DNA of 64,000 nt from Eledone cirrhosa (taxonomy: Eukaryota). Position 1 is the stretch's first letter. Each line of letters opens with the position of its first letter. The DNA is taken from NCBI GenBank assembly GCA_964016885.1, contig OZ024749.1:45508001-45572000 (forward strand), in the 5' to 3' direction. Shown piece after piece: positions 60,688 to 64,000 of this stretch. Under the pieces are notes generated by a model. It ran no database searches. It worked only from the letters and a program-made list of their open reading frames with translations, and was not told where the DNA came from. The position numbers and the translations under genes were made by a program.

Positions 60688-60878
60688 ATAATTGTTTCTA
60701 GTTTTGGCACAAGGCCAGCAATTACCCAGTGCATTACTGGTACTTTATTTTATCGACCCCGTAAGGATGAAAGGCAAAGTTAACCTCGGCGGGATTTGAA
60801 CTCAGAATGGCAAGGGCCGTAACTCTATGCGTCAAAGCATGGCGTCCGACCCTCTATCGATACTGCCAATCCACCGCC
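60688..60878 (-). mobile_element. Full-length SINE family 1
   Basis: 17-bp TSD cttagctttaac(a/g)taat (60676-60692 / 60882-60898). Confidence 0.95.
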
Positions 60879-60940
60879 ATACTTAGCTTTAACGTAATGT
60901 TATTTTTTTTTCTAAGGGAATATCCCATTCATGTATCTAG

Positions 60941-61156
60941 GGCACTAGATTGGCCGAATCGTTAGAGCATTGAGGAAAATTATTTTTATGATTGTGTCCT
61001 TCTTTTTAATACTGAGTGTAAATCCCGCCGAGGTTGAACTTGCGTTTTGTCCTTTAAGGGTTGATAAAATAAAGCATCATTCTCGTAAAGGATTCGACGT
61101 AATAGCAGTTCCTCTCTCTCTAAGTTCTTCGTCTTGTGCCTAAATCAGAAATTATC
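60941..61156 (+). mobile_element. Old SINE family 1 copy
   Basis: tggccgaatcgttagagc...aaatcccgccgaggttg...gataaaataaag...cttgtgcctaaatcagaaattat. Confidence 0.75.
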
Positions 61157-61230
61157 ATATATTTAAAGAGTGTTGTGCGACACAATGGTTAACACCGAAG
61201 ATATATACTGTTATTATTATTTTTAATATC

Positions 61231-61360
61231 GGCCCTTGCCATTATGAGTTCAAATCCCACCGAGTTTAACTTTGCCTTTCATGCTTATGGGGTCGATAAA
61301 ATAAAGTACCAGTAATACACTGGGTTATTGCTGGCCTGTGCCAAAAGTAGAAACAATTAT
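61231..61360 (+). mobile_element. 5'-truncated SINE family 1
   Basis: Perfect 18-bp TSD attattatttttaatatc (61213-61230 / 61356-61373). Confidence 0.93.
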
Positions 61361-61667
61361 TATTTTTAATATCCTGTCTTTCCCTTCATATTTCTGATGA
61401 AGTTAAAATGAAATAAGGGTCAAATAATGTAGTCAATATAATCAGTGTAGAGACTCACTTAAAATATGATTCACTTAAAATATGATTATGTGTCTAAGCT
61501 CCCAATGATTTTATTTTAATATAACTCATCGTACAATGTTATACGAAGATTAGTATTGATTTCTAAGTTTAAGACATTAAAGCCAGGTTTACTCAATGAC
61601 ACGTCAGTTGTCTCCAGAAAACCTGATATTGATTTTACTGTGTGAGCATATATATAAATATATATAT

Positions 61668-61730
<63 letters not shown>

Positions 61731-62864
61731 CATACGTACATAATATATATATATATATATATATATATTCATATATACAAACATATATCATATATATATA
61801 TATATGTACACACAAACACATATATATATATATACAACATATATATATATATATTGTATCTGTGTATATAAGTGTGATGGCATATACATATAAATGTGAA
61901 ACACTATATGTATATGTATTCATTTGGGTGTATATGTGTGTCACTAAACGATTTAAAAGAAAATACGAAATAAACATTTCGCTTGACTTGACACAGGACA
62001 TCGATTGTCTGACGTTAACTCGGTGATTCAGTTAGATGTAATCAAGGAGAAATTTAAAGACAAAATTTCTCACACCTATTAGCATAAAAGTATCCAAGAG
62101 ACTCTATTGTAAAGAAACCGTGTATTACATGTGTCGAGAGGAAATATAAAAAAAAATTAACGTACACGATTTTCAGAATTACCAAGTGCATGGAGCCAAA
62201 AGGTAAAGGAAATACGTACATTTCAATAAGCAAAATGTTTATACATTCTGCTATATTTATATAAATGCTGTTATATCCAGACACACAGGCACGGACATAC
62301 ACACATACAAATCACTTATATTCATATATACGTTTATTGGAAAAATGAAAACATGGTGTGCCCAGAATATTTTGTATCCCCAATAAAGAATTTGTTTTTA
62401 TATAGGATATCAATTTGAAAATTGGTTAATCTGTGGGTGAGTAGTTCGAAGGTTCCGAGTAGATACCCAGATTCAAATCACAGTTTAGCTTGAATCTTAC
62501 ACATATGTTTATAAACAAACTATGTTATGAACGCCAAAATGTACGTTGACAAAACACTTCCCAATTTTCAGTTGTTAAAACTAGTACCATAGTATTGTGT
62601 TTATTGGGGGCACACGTATAATCATAAATATATGCTTTTACGTTCTTAATACTAAGGAAAGTTTGGTAAATATTTCAAACAGTAAACATTTCATCAATGC
62701 AGCCACCGTTTACAATACTACATTAGAATTTATACCAACTTTTATTAGTCGCAATTACAGACATGTTAATAAAAAGGTATTTAAAATGTGTTAAAAGTGG
62801 GCACTGTACATAGTCATGTTTTCAAAATAATATTGGAAAAATACTGTTCCTAATATACATATAG

Positions 62865-63044
62865 TAAAAGAGTGAAGAATAGCGTGGTCGGTAGTACAAT
62901 AGGGTTTATTTAAAGTATTAATAATTGTTTCATTAGTCCAGTGCGTCTAAAAACGACTGATCGTTAGAAATCAGGTCACTCGATTTTAATTACAGTTGAC
63001 AACCGACCTCGACTTGGATTACCTTAAACGATATCTTGTTATTT

Positions 63045-63046
<2 letters not shown>
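62865..63046 (-). mobile_element. PLE-like element with decayed HHR (62918-62970, minus strand)
   Basis: Minus strand reads ctaacga-tcagtc..gactaa-t-GAAA-C-AATT-att...AATAAA. Confidence 0.6.
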
Positions 63047-63117
<71 letters not shown>

Positions 63118-63119
63118 AT

Positions 63120-63253
63120 TAGTTTTGCGAGGTTTTGAAATGAAATCGCGTGTCGAAACAAATGTTGGTATACTTGAAATAATAACAGAACCCACTCGCT
63201 GTGTATTCTGTTATTATTTCTGGCAATATTATTACAACAATATGACCCTCCCC

Positions 63254-63256
<3 letters not shown>
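63120..63256. mobile_element. Family D rearranged copy
   Basis: gtcGAAAcaaatgttGGTAtact, a 15-bp hairpin at 63176-63220, then an inverted family D segment ending at (TA)n. Confidence 0.6.
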
Positions 63257-63320
<64 letters not shown>

Positions 63321-64000
63321 TTTCTACACTATTCCTATTCCAACTATCTTAAAATGTTGTATCTTGTAACATGCTTATAACTTACGAGAGCACCAGTTTA
63401 AACTTCCGCAAGTTGCGACATTACTCACCATACAAAATATATGATGGACAATGTTATTCCAATTCTCAGACTTTTCTAATTTGTAATATGATTTATGAGG
63501 CTCCGAATTTCACTGTGTTTTCGTTTTCCTATGGGATAATAGGAATTATTATTAAAAGCCATGTGAATAATTGATCAACATATAAATCCTATAATATAGA
63601 GGGCATTCAAATCCACAATTAAGAACATTGAAATACTATAAGCTTTTGTATGTTAATATCCTGTCTTTTAGGATTCATCTTTCGTTTATTTTCCTATTTT
63701 CTTCTCACGAATGTCCAATGAACCTCCGAGAGACCTTGTATTAAAAATAACAATATATTCAATAAGAGGTGTTTTAACAACATGATAAACCTAACAACAT
63801 TATGTATAAATAATCAGTTATTACTAAATTAGTAATCGGTTCTAATTTTCTATTCAGTATACAATTCAGCCAATTATTTAATTGTTAAGTACTAAAGATA
63901 CACAAACAAATGTCTGTGAACACGAATGAACATAGCAGCTCTGAAAGTTAATAATCATACATCTAGTGATAGTAGCTTTATAAGGCACAGCATCTCTGCT

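Noticed and set aside
61389-61426. tattt-CTGATGA-agttaaaat-GAAA-taagg-GTC-aaata, HHR-like
   Set aside because: Helix I is good, but helices II and III barely pair and it is not TA-flanked; could be chance or very decayed.

Overview
This is a very AT-rich eukaryotic window, probably cephalopod/octopus (inferred from the SINE type, RTE tails and extreme (TA)n load; not verified). Nearly all ORFs in the supplied track are translated microsatellites, and no host gene could be confidently called. Supported content: about 17 copies of one tRNA-derived SINE family (many with 14-18 bp TSDs), 2 copies of a second SINE, a frameshifted CCHC-knuckle LINE ORF1 in (ATT)n, RTE and I-group LINE fragments (one with a twin-priming-type inversion), a TTAA MITE, and a possible chain of micro-exons. 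The main finding is about 20 complete or partial type-I hammerhead ribozyme (HHR) motifs from roughly 10 sequence families. Almost all lie in short non-coding elements inserted into (TA)n tracts and resembling Penelope-like pseudo-LTRs. Many insertions are fold-back palindromes whose inner breakpoints fall in helix II or exactly at the start of helix I, with outer breakpoints at TA-like microhomologies. Several families carry non-canonical HHR features (U10.1-U11.1, CCGANGA core, 70-115 nt helix II domains). All alignments and structures were read by eye, so coordinates may be off by a few bases.
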